Position numbers and translations under genes: made by a program. Source: Phoronis australis (Eukaryota; Animalia; Phoronida). Taken from it: a stretch of DNA of 64,000 nt. The notes beneath the pieces are model-generated. The model searched no databases. It had not been told where the DNA came from and saw only the letters and a program-made list of their open reading frames with translations. Shown here in pieces: positions 22,001-37,000 of the stretch (position 1 is the first letter of the stretch; each line of letters opens with the position of its first letter). The stretch covers positions 1 through 64,000 of the forward strand of contig NMRA01000746.1 of the NCBI GenBank assembly GCA_002633005.1, given 5' to 3'.

Positions 22001-25000
22001 TAAACAATTGTTGTCTTCCATACTTGGTCAATATGTTGGTTTTGAAACCCAAAAATGTAATAATAACCCAGTCATTATCGCATTTTTGGGGTCTGAAAAC
22101 CTACATATGGACCTTGGTGAAAGCCAATAGTTGTATAGTACTTGAGACTGTTGAACTGAAGAGTTGATCTCAACCGTTTGCCTGTATTGATTCCTTTCCT
22201 AATTACTCAACGCCTTAAATCACCAGAAATCCATTTTCTGTGGCATTTAACAGGCGTGGATATACATCACTGTTTGCAAAAACCTGTCTGATATTGACAT
22301 TTTCCTTTTTTCTGGTCTGTTTCCATGGTATTCTGCAATGAAAGTGTCTACCACCCAGCATTGCACAAGCTTGGTTGAGACGGCAAAGATAGATGTTGTG
22401 CTCTCTAGTAGTACTTCTGACTGGGCACTAATTAGGTTAGCGGAATTACCACTGGTATTGTCCATTAGTGAATGAATACAAATGCCTGTAGAGTGCCCTC
22501 TGTAATCAGTTATTAAAACAATCATTGGTTGCAACACTGATTCATTTATCAGCTAGAAATCTGATATTAAATCCTGTGTTTTGTTGTACAGCTTGTTGTC
22601 TTTTCGGTTTGGCTGCTTTTACAAAACCTATAAGAGGGTCAATGTTTGATCAGACTTGCATATAGAATATTCTGTGATTCTGCATAATTGCATCATGGTG
22701 CTATCAGAAATTCGGGACAAGTTGACTGAAGGTGAAGGATGAGGAATGACCTCATGTATTTGTTGGTACATACGGCAATAAGGGCATTGATCCCGTATGG
22801 CAAGTTGATGATTTGTAGGCAAGAGGCGGGGCTCTCAGTGCTTCATGTTTTCATATTTTTTTTGTATTTTTTATCCAATTCCTTCTCTATCCTACTTTTT
22901 GTTAGCATTTGTCAATGAGTAAATTTCTTGAATCAAACGAAGAAATGTCTAGTTATCGGAACTAAAATAAATGGAATAATCACGCTAATTGTATTGGTTA
23001 GATTTTTCAAACGAATGGACTGCACAGTGTCTCCTCTTTGAAGCCAGCAAGTGTTGTATTCCAAGAAAGGCTGCTTGAAGAAATAAGAGTGTCAAAACTG
23101 GTCATCCTTTAGTCACTGAAATGAAGGGAGAAGATATACATTGCTTTTAATCATTTGGATAAGTTTTGGCTTATAAAGGGGAATATTCCATTTTGTGAAT
23201 AACTTCAGTCGAGTTTTCATTCATTCAGTACTTGCATGGCATTTTCTATCCAGATTATGATGTTGGAGCATAATCCAATTGAAGTTAGTGCACTTTACTA
23301 GTTCACAAATTCGACTTGTATATATGGAAAAGTCACTTTAACTGTTCCTACTTTTTCCTACGTTTTTTAAAAACTTTTTCCCATATTTTCACGCCATTTT
23401 GTGGGGTACTTTTCCAACTTTTCACCTACTTGTTTGTGAAAAACTGTTGGTTGGCCTGCGTGAGGCAATGCCTGTCTGGGATTAGAGTTCTAAACTGCCT
23501 GCCTTGACCAGTCGACCTGTATTTTTTATTGCAGTGACTGTCTATCCACATGTAGGTCAGTTGATTTCTGCAGCTCATTATCCCCGTCTGTCTGCACACT
23601 GTGTCCACTGGTTACTTTCGACTTCCTGTCTCTCCCAGCTGAGCCAAACGTTTTTGCTCATTTCTTTGGAATGTGAGGTGGAGTGCACTCTGACTTCAGT
23701 TCAAGTGATTTTCAAGATTTTCTAGGAATGCTGAGGAGAATTTGAGTTTTGCTGTCAATGTTCGCTTCTTGTTGGTCAAGGTTTGTTCCAAGCTGACAAG
23801 TCCTTGGCCTGGCTGGTTTTGTAACTGACCTTAGAGAACTTGTTTTTTTGCAACTGGTCTTTGACCTGTTGCTTACCAAATTGGCATTGTGGTTGGGGGC
23901 ATTCATCCCTCCTATTTAGAATTCTACTGTGTTTTTCCTAGGGATTAGTGTTGCTCGGCTTTTCATTGTTGCTAGTTTGATGGTACTTAAAGTTTTTTTA
24001 TGGCCTAATGGTGCTTGAACTTGTGGCCAGCTTCAAAAAATGAGCCTGCGATAGGCTCAACCACAGTTATTGTAAACCAGTAGAGTTCAACAGGAAAACC
24101 AACTTGTATTGCTCTTTGAGATTGAAGTTTTTAAGGATTAATCACCGTTTCTATGGCATTTTGATAAAGACCGCTGTAAGCCTTAGCTCATGGTATTTTC
24201 TTAGGTGTGTGGCATTATATTTGCTTTAAAATAAAAACATCATTATTTAAGGTTGATGCTTGGTTCACTGTTTTGTGAGCCCAACTTGAAAAGCCTTTTT
24301 TCTGCTGCTGTAACCTACTGCATGCTATTTGTGACTTTTTATTCGCAGTCTGACAAAGAATGTTTCTTTTATCTCTAAAAAGAAACCTGTTCGCAGCAAA
24401 AGTGGTTGGAAGCTAACATGAGCAATAAAAAACAAAATCATTTTATCTTCCTAGCTACACGTCTCAGTAGAGTGAGGGTGGAGTGAAGGGGAAACAAAAA
24501 TATCTAATTTTTTATGGCCCGCTTTGTCTAATTTTCCATGATGCTGATTGGATAGTTCATTTTCAATTATTGGAGAGAGATCCTTATGGTTTCCTATTTA
24601 ATATTCTCATCAGTTTTAAATGCCCAGTAATATTAACTTTTTTCGTTGAAAATTCCAGTGTTTAGACCCGTAGTTTCTTGCTCTCATAAAGTAAGCGTTA
24701 TGCCTATCAAATTTATTTGGTTGTTAGAAAAGTGCTTTCAGTTGCAAATTTTCGTTTTTTTTTTGAATATGTAACTTGTTCAACTGGATAGGCGAAAGTG
24801 TTTGCAAACCAGCTAGCTGCAGTCACAACATCATTCCCTGTTTTTGAGAACCAGTTTGATGCTTGTCACTTAGTGAAGAAATGATGTAAACTGGTTCTCA
24901 AAATGTGGACCCCCTTTAAGTGATTAATACCGACATGCAAGTTTGGAGATATTACATCGATCCCTGTGTTATTTTAAATTCAATATCCTAAAACCTTAAA

Positions 25001-28000
25001 CAGTGTGGGGAGTTTTTTAATGTTTAAACTAAACAGCAACCAAGGAAACTCAACAAACATATGGTAGTCATTATCTGGTATAATGGTACTCATAAGTAAA
25101 ATGGGGTAAGTGTCCATTTTTTATAATTGGATCCCTGGATGTCTTGGAAAGACATTTTCCAGGGTCCCTGGGTGTACTTCTGTACCGTTAGCCAGTATAT
25201 ACTGTCCGTGCAACAGTAGAAAGTAACACATATGGCCCAGAAAAAGGCCCCCATATTGGTTGTGCTTTCTTGTCCATTTAACAAATGCCAAAGACCAGCA
25301 GACTGTGCAATAGTAAGCAAGACAGTGTTTGTGCACAATGGAAGTGAATGTAAAACCAAGATTTGTGCCTTTTGCTTGGCCTTAATATGTAACTTTCTAT
25401 TGTTTCGTGAATAGTAAATTCAGGCCAGGGCATCAGTTATTAATTAACATGGAAAAGAGGCTCTACAAGATCAACCAGGGATCTTTATTTTGTGATGTGG
25501 GAAATGGTTGATTTCTCCTTTAAGGCGTATTGGAAAATTCTTTTCCGACTTCACACATGAAGTCATTTGGAAGCTTTCTGGATACTGTGAGAAGGGCTTA
25601 TCTGAATGCCTTGATAGAATACAATGTGGAAGTTTTTAATAAAGGATTAACAAACTTACTCTAAATTTATAGGTATCTAAAATGATAGGTTTATCGGAAA
25701 ATGCCCTTAGCTGAACAAAAAGAACGTAAAAATGTGTTTCTTTTCTGGCAAATGTCTGCTTCCAAATCCAAAAGACTGTATTTAATGTGTGCTGTGTTGA
25801 TTTTGAAATATGGATGCTTATACCACATGCTCATTGATTACTGGTACGAAGTTGAGATTATAAAACATTAAGAATGTGTGTGCTGTTATATTTTCCGTTT
25901 TTCTAGCACCTTTTGAGTAAAATCCATTAATGGTTAATACCAGCGCTAATAGGTCTGTTGTTATTTGAGTAAGGAGATTAGTTTGATATTAATGTGTAGG
26001 TAATTTTGCACCTATTGAGTGAGCCATCTGAGTAACTATTGATTCCTGTATGCAACGCGAAACTATTCGTTGTGGGTTATCAGTCGCAATTTTTTAAAAT
26101 CAAACCAGATGTTTGTTTAACGGCATGAGTGTGATGGGGTATAACGACTTGGCGATGCATTTCAAGAAACACCAACTCTGTGGTAAGCCAGCAGCCATAA
26201 AACATTGTATGAGAAGTGGCCAGTCCATGTTGGGTAAATAAGCTTAACAGCTTGATTAAAGGATGAAAAGAATTGACATTGATACCAGTTCTCACTTGAA
26301 TCTAGTTAATGGAGCGGTGTTATTAGACAGTGTCATCTTGCCAAAAGGTTGTTTCGATTTTATGCATCACATTACAACCCGGGTATCGTTTTTTTCCCAA
26401 TGAGCTTATTGTCCAGGTGAGGGTGGATGTTATTTTCGTTACAAAACTCTGCAATAGATGTTCGCTGTATTTCCGAAACACCTATTGGTATATAGTCCCA
26501 TGTGTGTGAATGTGTATGCTATGTTATGTACAGCATATAGTTAAGTTGTCTGTGATGATTGATTGACTGAAGCCCTGATGGTATTCATAATATGTCTGGC
26601 TAATGGCACTATTTGTATTGCTGCATGTTCCTCAAGCATGGTACAGGAAGTATAACTGCACATCTGCAGTGTTTTTTCATGGAGACTCTTTTGACCTGAA
26701 TCGTGAACATGTAAGTAACGAGTGTGCAAATAAACTTATGAATAGTTTGATACAGTTTGCAGTTTTTCATTGCTAAGTTCTAATGCTCTGAAGCTTCCAA
26801 TGTAATGGTTTGCCATTTGTGAATCAATGGTCAAGATTTTCATGAATCAATGGCAGCCAATCTCATGGGATGAGTCTTGGCGCATACTTGATCTGAACTT
26901 CACTTTTGCTGTTTTGCGGGTATTTATGCTCATATGCCCACATGTGAAGATGCGCCTTGTCTCAGGTATTTGCGTATGTTCCTGACAAATAAATTTTTCG
27001 TTTGAAGTTAAGTGCTGTCCACACTACGAGTTACCTTAGAACAAGATATTACTTGAACGAGTTGTTGCTGGGTGGATTAATTATGAGAACGCTATTTGTG
27101 CTATTTGACATATCTGTGACAACTTTCCTACGGTATTGAGGTAGGGTATATTGTTCTGGAGTAACTTGTCCCAGCGCAAGTCGAAGTGCAGACGCAAACT
27201 TGCAGACAAGGCGAAGGTAATTACCCAGCTGTGACCTTGTTCAGTTATTCTCATAGGAGTGTTGAATTGTTTTTGCACCACATTTGTCTGAAGATGTAGG
27301 GTGTGTAGGGTGGACGAGCAGCTGAATGAGGGCAAGTTGCTCCAGATCAAGTTTCTCTGGAGTAAATCATACTACAGACGGCACTTCGGAAATATGAAGC
27401 AGACTCAGTATAATGTACTTCTACGCACCGAATTGCAACAGGACTTGAGTCACTAGACCTATTTGATGGCCATAGTCTTTCTTTGTCAGAAAGTCCCCGA
27501 GTTTAAGCCTTAAGTATGTTGGGATTTGCCAACTGTCAATAGCTTCACTTTCTCATTCATAAAATGCCTGTTCATCCAGATTCTCTGAATACCTTATAAG
27601 TCTGCTGAATGGCTTTTCCCCACCATGCCTGTGGCCTGAAGAAACATTTGTCAGGCTGTAATATCTTATCTTTGAAGAGATTCTGCCTCAGAACCTCTGG
27701 TGGACTGGATAGAGTTTACATCCTTGGGCTGTCACTCATCTTGCAGAAACTGTGTTGTTATGGCAACTTGTAATATTATCAAAGTGTTTCCATCAGATAA
27801 TGAGTATAACTTCTCTTAGCTGTGATTATTATTGTATAGCTACAAAGCGGAATTTGAAACAAATTGTTACAAGCATTTTGTTCTTCTTGTCTCAAGCTCT
27901 AGCAAATTTTGCAAATCCAAAGAAAATCTTTCCCCCTTAGCTTCAGCTAACCTCGAACCCTTAAGGATGACAGAGTAATTCCCCACTTACTTTGTACAAA

Positions 28001-31000
28001 AATAATTGCCCAAGTGTTCATTTTCAATGACTGATTAACATTTTGCAAATAATGGGAACTTAAAACGAATGTGGTTTGTAACATCTACACTGTACATTAG
28101 CCATGCTTGTAATGAACATAAATATTCTTAATCTTTACTTTTGTGGAGATGTTTAACCATAAAACAGAATTTTACTTGTTGGCCATATTGTGTGCTAAGT
28201 AAGTGAATAATTATCACATCTGCATGTTTACCCAGTGTGTCAAATTCAAGTAGGTTTAGGTCTGCAACTTTTTCAATGGGATTTTAGCTGAGGTTATTAC
28301 CTTAGCATGAATCATTTTTTTGAAGAATAAATGAACCATGGATGTCTACTCTAATTTAAACAAACTAACACCATTTACAGGTCAGGACTTTTTCTGATTG
28401 CCTTTCATTTTGAAACAAAAAGCCTCCCATTTAGACTTTGAAAATTTTATCATCGGCCAGTTGTTGAGTTGTAGATCTACAGAAAACATTGTTCTGAGCC
28501 TTGTTCATAACGGCACTCAGTGCATGTTGTCATGGATAAGAATGAGGACGCATATACAAGGTACCTAAACTACACGGTCAACGGACTCATAAACACGGGG
28601 CACGGACGCATGAACACGACTCACGGACCGGCAAACACCGTCCACTGACTCACAAACCCAGGAACGGACTCACAAAACACGATCCACGCAAACAAATACA
28701 CGGAACATGGACTCATATTCCCGAGGAAACACAGTTAACGGACCGTCAAACACGGGTCACGGACAAAATGGAGATGTCAGCTGACCCAGGAAGCCAATGA
28801 GTCCGTGACCCGTGTTTGGTAGTCCGTTAACTGTGTTTCCTCGGGAATATGAGTCCATGTCCCGTGTATTTGTTTGCGTAGATTGTGTTTTGTGAGTCCG
28901 TTCCCGGGTTTTGTGAGTCAGTGGACGGTGTTTGCCGGTCCGTGAGTTGTGTTCATGTGTCCGTGCTCGTGTTTATGAGTCCGTTGACCGTGTATTTGGG
29001 TGCGTGGATCGGGTTTTGTGAGTCCGTTCCCGTGTTTGTGAATCAGTGGACAGTGTTTGCAGGTCCGTGAGTCATGTTCATGCGTCCGTATCCCGTGTTT
29101 ATGAGTCCGTTGACCATGTAGTTTAGGTACCTTGATATAACCACTACAACTCTAATTCTTCAGTTGCTAACCAAGACCCACTGAATAACAAAGTTACATA
29201 ACACAAGCCATACATGGGTGATCGCCCATTGTTTATAAATATAAAACCACCCAGACAATATTTGACAGACAAATATTTCCTAATATTTGGCAGACAAATA
29301 TTTCTTGCTAATCTTACAGAGGTGAGGGAGGGGGGTTGCATATGGTCTGATGTGCTAGAATTCATTGATGACAGGGATGCTCTGCCTTAAGATCCAAGAC
29401 ACCGCAAGTGAAGCTCATGTGGTCACTGTTTCACTTGTTATGCATAGTAATTTTTTGCTCTCTCGCACGAGAAACTTGCTCTAAAGAATACAGCCCAGGT
29501 CTTGCTTGGCTACTGTCTTGGATTGTGGCATCCGCTATTAGCTGTGATTCCAAAAACACAATGAAACGGGTTTATAGGAGGAAAGGTCCTTCTGACCTTA
29601 GGCACTCGAATGTGTTTGAAGTTAAGGCTACTGTGTACCCCTTGTGCAATGCAATGAGAGACTGGCAATCAGATGTATAGGTATATGCATGTGATTGAAA
29701 AGTAGCGATAATTGTGTTATTTACAGGTATTGTTTCAATATTGTTCAGTATTAGTGATTTTTCCAAACTGTCCACAGTCTTTTGTTTGGTTGGGTTTGAT
29801 TTGTCTGTTTTCAGTGTGGTCTGGTTGATTTAAAATATTTTGTCATTTATGGTTTGTGTGTATTAATGTTCTATTGAACTTGCTGCATTTAATTTAGTTG
29901 TTGTATATGTTTCACTGGTCATTGACTTAAAGATAGGGGTTCAATAATAAAGGTTGTCTGATTTAAGCTAAGATGACTGTAAATTTGAATTGACACACAG
30001 TTCATTGACGTGAATGGCGAAGGTGGTCAATAAGTCTGAATATGACAATTATCAACTTAATATTAGTTACAACATGCCATTCCTGTAAATACCGGTAAAT
30101 GCAGTCTTGTTTGTAATAACGTGCTTAAGAATGGACCTTCGATCTGTGATAACACAGGCCCCCAATCTCTAGTGAAGTATTTTGCAAAATCTATGACTGA
30201 CATCACTAGATTTGATCTAATCAACACCTGATCGTCTTTAGATTAGTGATACTTCCGTTGCTTGATGGCCGATCAACGTGCTGTATCCACTTGGGTATAA
30301 GCCTACCCCCGGATGAAAGTCTCACACAACTGCTTCTGGGTTATTTTTGCAAAAAGGCCTGTTGGGTATAAGCTCACCTACAATTTTTGTCTGGTGTAAA
30401 CCCACTTGCTCGGGTATGCACCCAAATCCTCATACCTATCTTCCGCGTCAAAGCGTTATCTTCTCCATTTGTTGTGCCGTATCGCAGACTTGCCCAAAGC
30501 TTCCTTGAAAAACCCCAACTGCACATGTTCATTGCAAGTGTACGTCGCGTGTGTCAGCAAGTGATACAAGTCCCTCAGCTTACTCATGAATGTCGGATTA
30601 AAACCCACCCAGGCATTAGTCCACTCGCATTTTTAGTCCTCCCCAATACAAGTCCCCGGGCTTACACCAAGACGGGTGGGAAAAAGTGAAGAAAATCAGT
30701 TTTGAAAATTTTCCCTTCCTAATACAGACAAAGAAAAAACTTTGTAGTTGCTTAAAAGTTTGTTGAAATTAATGGCACATAGACCATTGTTTACTCTTTT
30801 CTGGTTTGCTTACAGATGCTCAAAAACAACGAGAGCGCGAGGAGCGCACGCGGCAGTTCCGAGAGAAACTAGCTGAAGAGCACCGGCGGAAGATGGAGGA
30901 GGTGCGAGCGTCGCAACGTCAGACACAGGAGACGCGCGAGAAGCAGCAGCAGGAGAGAAGGAGGCGGCTGGAGGAGATAAAGAAGAGAGACATGGAGAGG

Positions 31001-34000
31001 CGAGCGGCAGTAGAGGAAAGGAGGAAGAAACAGTTGGAGCAGGAGAAGGTAGGAAGTGGGTGATGATGTAGATGTAAAAGGAGATGTGTCATTGTGGAGT
31101 AGAGGAAAATGGGTTGTTGGGAAGATGTGAAAGGGTGGGGATGTTGATGATGAAAGGAAAGATGTGTCATAGCGGAGGAGAGAAGAAATGGGTAGCTGGA
31201 ATAGAGCTGATGGGAAAGGGTTGATGACGTTTATGTAGAAAGGAGAGTTATGTTACTGATAGGAACTGGGTGGTTGGGGCAGGGGAAAGTAGAAGGTAGG
31301 AAAGGTTTGATGGTGTTGATGTAAAATGGAGAGGCTTGTCGCACTTGGGATGAGTAGAAATGGGTGGTTGGAGCAGGGGGAAGTAGGAAGGGGGGCTGGT
31401 GTTGATGTAAACAGGGGGCTGTGTAATAGTCATGGTGGCAGTGAGGAGAAACGGGCTGTTGGAGCAGGGAAAGGTAGGAAGGGGCTGATGGCGTTGGTGT
31501 AAAAGGTAAGCTGTGTTCATAGAGGAGGACAGGAAGAGGAGGTAGTAAGAGCAGGGGAAGTGATCATCCGTTGGATGCTGTTGTTGGTGTGTGGAGATAT
31601 AGTTGGCAGTAGAAGAGAGGCAGAAGAAATAGCTAGAACGGTTGGTAGCTTGTGGGAGGTGATAATGGTTGTGTCTCTGTGACAAGGAGAGTTGGAAGTG
31701 GAGCAAAGATGAAAAGAGGGTTGGCATAGGGGGAAGTAGGGAGTGATAAGGATGGCGCTAGTTTTGATGTTGGTGTGTGAAGATGGTACTAGCGTTGATG
31801 GGAGAAAGAGAGATAGACAGCAGTAGAGGTTAGGATGAGAGGTAGCAATGGTGAGAGTGGTGTTGGTTTTGGTATGAGGAAGGATAATAGTTAGCGACAC
31901 AGGAGAGAGTTTTTTAAGTGGATACCATAGGTTTGGTGTAAAAAGAGGAGATGACTGACTGTGAATGAAAAGAGAAGGGGGCAATGGGGGAAGTGTAGGG
32001 ATGTAGGTGGAATAAAGCCGTCTGCAAGTACAGCGATGACTGACAGTGATTGGATGTCAAATTAGGGTCCATGCTAGTGTTAGTTCTCAGAGATTTGCTA
32101 AAACCTGTAAATGTATGGCTCTAGAGATGGTTCCAGACAAAAGAAGTGGCAACATTTAAGTAGACTCTTGCAAGGTCTTTCAGCACACAAGATTATAAAA
32201 TCATAAACCAGCTGTATCATTGCTCTGTCTACTCGTATGTCGCGTGCCTCCAGGACAAGAATATTTTTTCCTTGTTGAAAACCACTCCTTGCTGAACTGT
32301 CACTAAACATTGATATTTGCATTGTTGTCTCATGTCTGGTGAAGTGCTATCTGGTTGCTCTCAAGTGGGTTTGAACATGATATTATAGATTATACGGTAA
32401 GCACTCAGTTCACATGCAATATCCTTGACTTCTCTTCTGCAAGTGATTCATTGATTTCCATTTTGACCAATAGGTGGTGATAGTGCATTTGAGGTAACAT
32501 TACCTCATACCAATAGATTGAGCAAGTGTTGGGTGATAAAGTGCCAGAGTTTAAAGAATGTTTCCAATCCTTTACCAGATCTAGAAAACTAAACAGCAGA
32601 ATTATCAAACCTATTGCATATTTCCATTGTTTTATATTTAGTTTCTCAATTTTATTATGAGATGATTATTAGTCCTTTTTCTGGTTGGACGAATAGATTC
32701 CTAAATTTTGAAGTACGTTCTGAACATGTCGTGAGTTTTGTCTGTGCTTCATGACATGAACACTTGCAGGTCTGATGATGTTTGAAATCATCACATTGAT
32801 TTTTTCATCTTGATTGATTTTCCTCTTGGCTTTGGGAATGGCTTTGTTAGTCAGAGATCCTATGACCTACGATTGACATCGAATCCACAAAGTGCTGTTC
32901 AACATACAGCTCTTAAGAGAAATGAGAACACAAAAACAACTTCTGCTTGATGCAATCTTAAATTTTATTGAAGAGACATGCCGACTTGAGTATGATTAAA
33001 GTCATAAGATTTCTTTCATCTTTGTATTTTGCAACTGTGGATTTTCTGTGTACGTCATGTGAATACTCCATTCATCAGAGGTCATGGCAGTTCCAAATGT
33101 TTTTGCTGCAGTCACCCGTATCCTAACTAATGTCTGAGGTTTTCGTTTGTGTGGATAATAAATATACTGTGATCTATCATTGCTTTTAATTTAATTGTTC
33201 TTGATTGTTGTGAATTACCATTTGCAGAATTTTAGTGAAGATTGTCTCTTGAGCTGATGCTTAGATGAAAGTTATCCTTGTGACATGGTTTCAGTCTGTT
33301 AGTATTATCACCCAGGGTATATAGATTAAGATACAAATATTTTCTTTAACTTTTAAAACAAACAAAAGTTCCTTCGGAATTGAGGTTTGCAATACTTCTA
33401 GAAACTTATCTGCCATGAGTGTACGTTTTCCATGACCTTATCTTGGCCATCCAAAACTAAGATCTGCCACAGGAAAATATTGTACGGTACGATAAAAGTT
33501 CTCCAGTTAGGGGTAGTGAATATTAATTTGCTCATGGTTGGAGCTTGAGCAAATTTTAGAAATGAGTAATATTGGCTGTCCCAAATTCAAGTATTAAGAT
33601 CAATGACTAATAATCATTCACCTTGTGATGCATATTAAGGGGAACGTGTGAAAATGCTACATCAGCAACTATTTTCAACGATTTAAAAAATTGATAAGTC
33701 TGTTATCAGACTTTGTTATACAAAAGGCAGTGTCCGATATTTGAAAAACATCATGAGCACCAACGTTGCCTATGTCCTAATTTTCAGAATCAAGAAAATT
33801 CAAGTTTTGGTTTGAATTTTGGTGTCCCAAAATTTAGAGACTGTCCCAAACCTGGAGAATCTTTACTGCATGTCTACACCTAGTCATCCCTATCTGTTAC
33901 TGACCTGCCACTTAGCACGTACAGTATCAGCTGGTATCTTGGATTACTTCAAAACATATCGTAGGTCTGCGTGTGACTGTACAGGTTGACTTGAGAGAAG

Positions 34001-37000
34001 TTGGCAGGTTGCTTTTGAGTATTGCTGTGGACCTGTGTTTTTATATCTAGAGTCATCTCTCGTTTATCACGGGTAGGTGCCGTTGCGCTTTAGTTGAGTG
34101 ATTGAAAGGACGTGGTGAAAATTTCTATGAGAAGTAGATAAAATAATATCAAGTCGAACAAAGGTACGCTGAATTTCTTCTTGAATAGTTGGGACAATAG
34201 AGTGCAGGGGTTTGAACTGTAGGCTGTTGAAGCTTGAGTTTGAATTATGGATTCACTGGTCAACTCTTTAAGTATACTGTAAGACTAATGTGTACCACAA
34301 AAAACAGTTGCCAAAATGGTATTTTTTCCATTTTTCAAATGCTGATGCCTTTTTTTGCAAATAATTTGAATTTTAGCGAATGTTATTTATGAAATCTGCA
34401 CACATAATCTATACTTGCAATGGGCTAGAATGTTTTTAATCTTTACTTTTGTGGAGAATTTTAGCAAAATAGAACTTCGCTTGTCGACTACTGTTCTATT
34501 CATTAATCTCTTGTCCTTGCGCGCTCAGTCTAAGTTGAGTGTATATCACACAGGTAGTAAATGTGTGAATGTGATATCAAGGTGATGTGAACATGGTGTC
34601 AATGTGGGGTCATCCTAATGAAAAGCAGTGTTTACCAATCACAGATGAGGTTATCCTCATTTGATGTTCTGTGTGGCAGATTGGCAGATATCCACGGGCA
34701 TTGCAAAATCCACGAACATGTTGGAACGTGAGAGGTTATTACTCAAAGCCTTCAGTTGGAGTCGGTGTACTGAACTGGTATCTTTTATCCAAGATGTTCT
34801 GTTTAGTGACTGATCTTTAAGTTCAAACTCGTTGAATTGTTTTTCAAAATTCAACGCAGGCAAGTCAAACTCATCAATGCAAAATCTAAGCTCATTAGCG
34901 TGAGCAGTCTGATCAGTCTGAACTCTACTTATTAAATATTCATAAAAAAGAAAAAAACCAACGCGGATGGCAAATTTCAGAACGATTCTTGAATAATGTT
35001 TTAAGTGTGCCTAACAGTGATGGCTGTATAATGTATTTTGATTATTGGTTCCAGACTGTAGAGTACTTGCTGAGTGCTAGCTATTTTCAAATGAAATTCT
35101 TAAAATGTATTAACGTCTGTGGCTCTCTTAACAATGCTGTTACCCAATCACAGGAGTTATCGTAGGAAAATTGATCTGAAATTGTGTGCAATATCTCATG
35201 CATCCATACTCGTGTCTCATTTCAGCAGTGTTCAATCTATCTGATCTTGAATCTGTAGGAAACTGCAAATTGTAACTTTTGCTAGCTTTGCTTCCTGGCG
35301 TCAGTTTGAGATTTCTCTTTGAGTGGCTTGCTCATGGTAATCACTAGGCAATTTATGTGGCTACATCGATGGGAAGAAATACTTGCTGCGGATGAAAAGT
35401 GATGTGTAATTGTTCACCTGTTTTGCACACAATATGGCCGACAACTTAAATTTTATTTTAGTTAAATTTCTCAACCAATGCCCTCGTTCGAGGGGAAAGG
35501 TGCATGTGCCTTCTGAGAGGGGGAATATTTCGGTGTGAGAGGAAAATTCTACCTCCTTGAGTCACAATCAGTTGCAACCCTACCCTGCTGCAAGCCCTCA
35601 TATGCTCTGCCTTTAACATTTTGTACTCTTTCAAATGGTCACCTGTGTGAGTTACAAGTGATTCGAACCTCGATGGGAGTTTGTTAATCGCTTGGGGAGA
35701 ATTTTGAGGCGTCATGAGGGTAATTTCTTGGGATTTTTCACTATTTTTCAGAGTGGAACGGATTGAGGGCCCTGTCATCAAAAATAAACGTTATAAATGT
35801 GAAGTATGTTAATTACTGTCATGATTTGTAGATGTTGATGTTATAATACACTTGATGAAGCTCCCGTTGCTTGCAACATTGTTGTCAACATTTAGAAAAC
35901 AGAAAAAAATCCTTTCTGACGATTGTGCGAAATTATTGGGTAAACAATTACCATAAGTTTGTGAATGTTTTGTGTTAAGAATGAGCGGTTGCAAAGTATT
36001 GATCCGTGTACATTAAGTACTTTGATATATTGCTGAGGCAGGATAAATTTTAGTGTGAGATAAGGGCAGCTTAGGCTATTTATTCACTGGCTTTCATTTT
36101 TTTATGAATTAAAAAAATATGCGTTGGTGCAGTTGTGCATTGTTAGCTTTGGATGTGTTGAAATAGCACATTACGTAGTTTTTACTGGACACTATGACAT
36201 CAAACTCCAATATCTGAGCCCGTCTTGATTTAACATTGTGCTGTTACGGGCCGGGGAAGTGGGGGGGAGGGGCAGGGACAATGGAAACGGACTTTTGCCC
36301 AAAAGCGTGCCTTAAATGCAACACCCAAATAATTCTTACTCAGATTGAACACCGTTTGGGTGGTTCTTAGTTGGTCTTGTCTGTTTTTATGGTTTATCTG
36401 ATCATTGTGAGAACTACCTTGGTGTGACTGGGCCCTTACGTGGCTTTGCCAGGAGCATGCAAATGCCACTTTAAGACTCCAATAGCTTCTGCTATGATCT
36501 CTGTCTAGACTGACTAATAGTGCGCTCATGGTTGAAGTCTGGCTCTTGTGTTCTAAACAGCATGAAATTGGGGATTATCTTATTGTGTTGCATGCTATGC
36601 TTGTGGGCTTATTAGATTAGTGTTGCAGTGGCTTTTGAAAGGCAGATGTTTTTTCCTGGCTGCAGAGTAAGAATTGAGAAGGAATTATTTTTTGATTATA
36701 TATTCTGAAAAACAAGTCATTTTTCCAGAAATTAAGCCTCACGTCGGTAATATTGAACTAAAAGGGAATATTTAATGGTTACCATGGAATAACACAAACT
36801 AATGATGTCATGAATTTTGTGAATCTTGAAAAGAAAAATGCAGATTTCAAATTCAACAATCTTCACCACCTTAACTAGTTTCAGCTTATCCCAAATTTTG
36901 CAGGCTGTTCAAGTTAATGAATTTTCATGAAAGGTTTTTGGTACACTGACTCAATTTTTTGGTTACGTTTTTTCAATAAAGTTGTTGTGACCATTCTTCG

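Noticed and set aside
30280-30690. GGGTATAAGCC/GGGCTTACACC repeats, possibly a pogo/Tc1-type MITE (similar remnant at ~12810-13240)
   Set aside because: Probably old transposon debris, but termini and TSDs could not be defined
31248-31984. Two ~155-aa minus-strand ORFs
   Set aside because: Antisense of the purine-rich tract, low complexity, no domain
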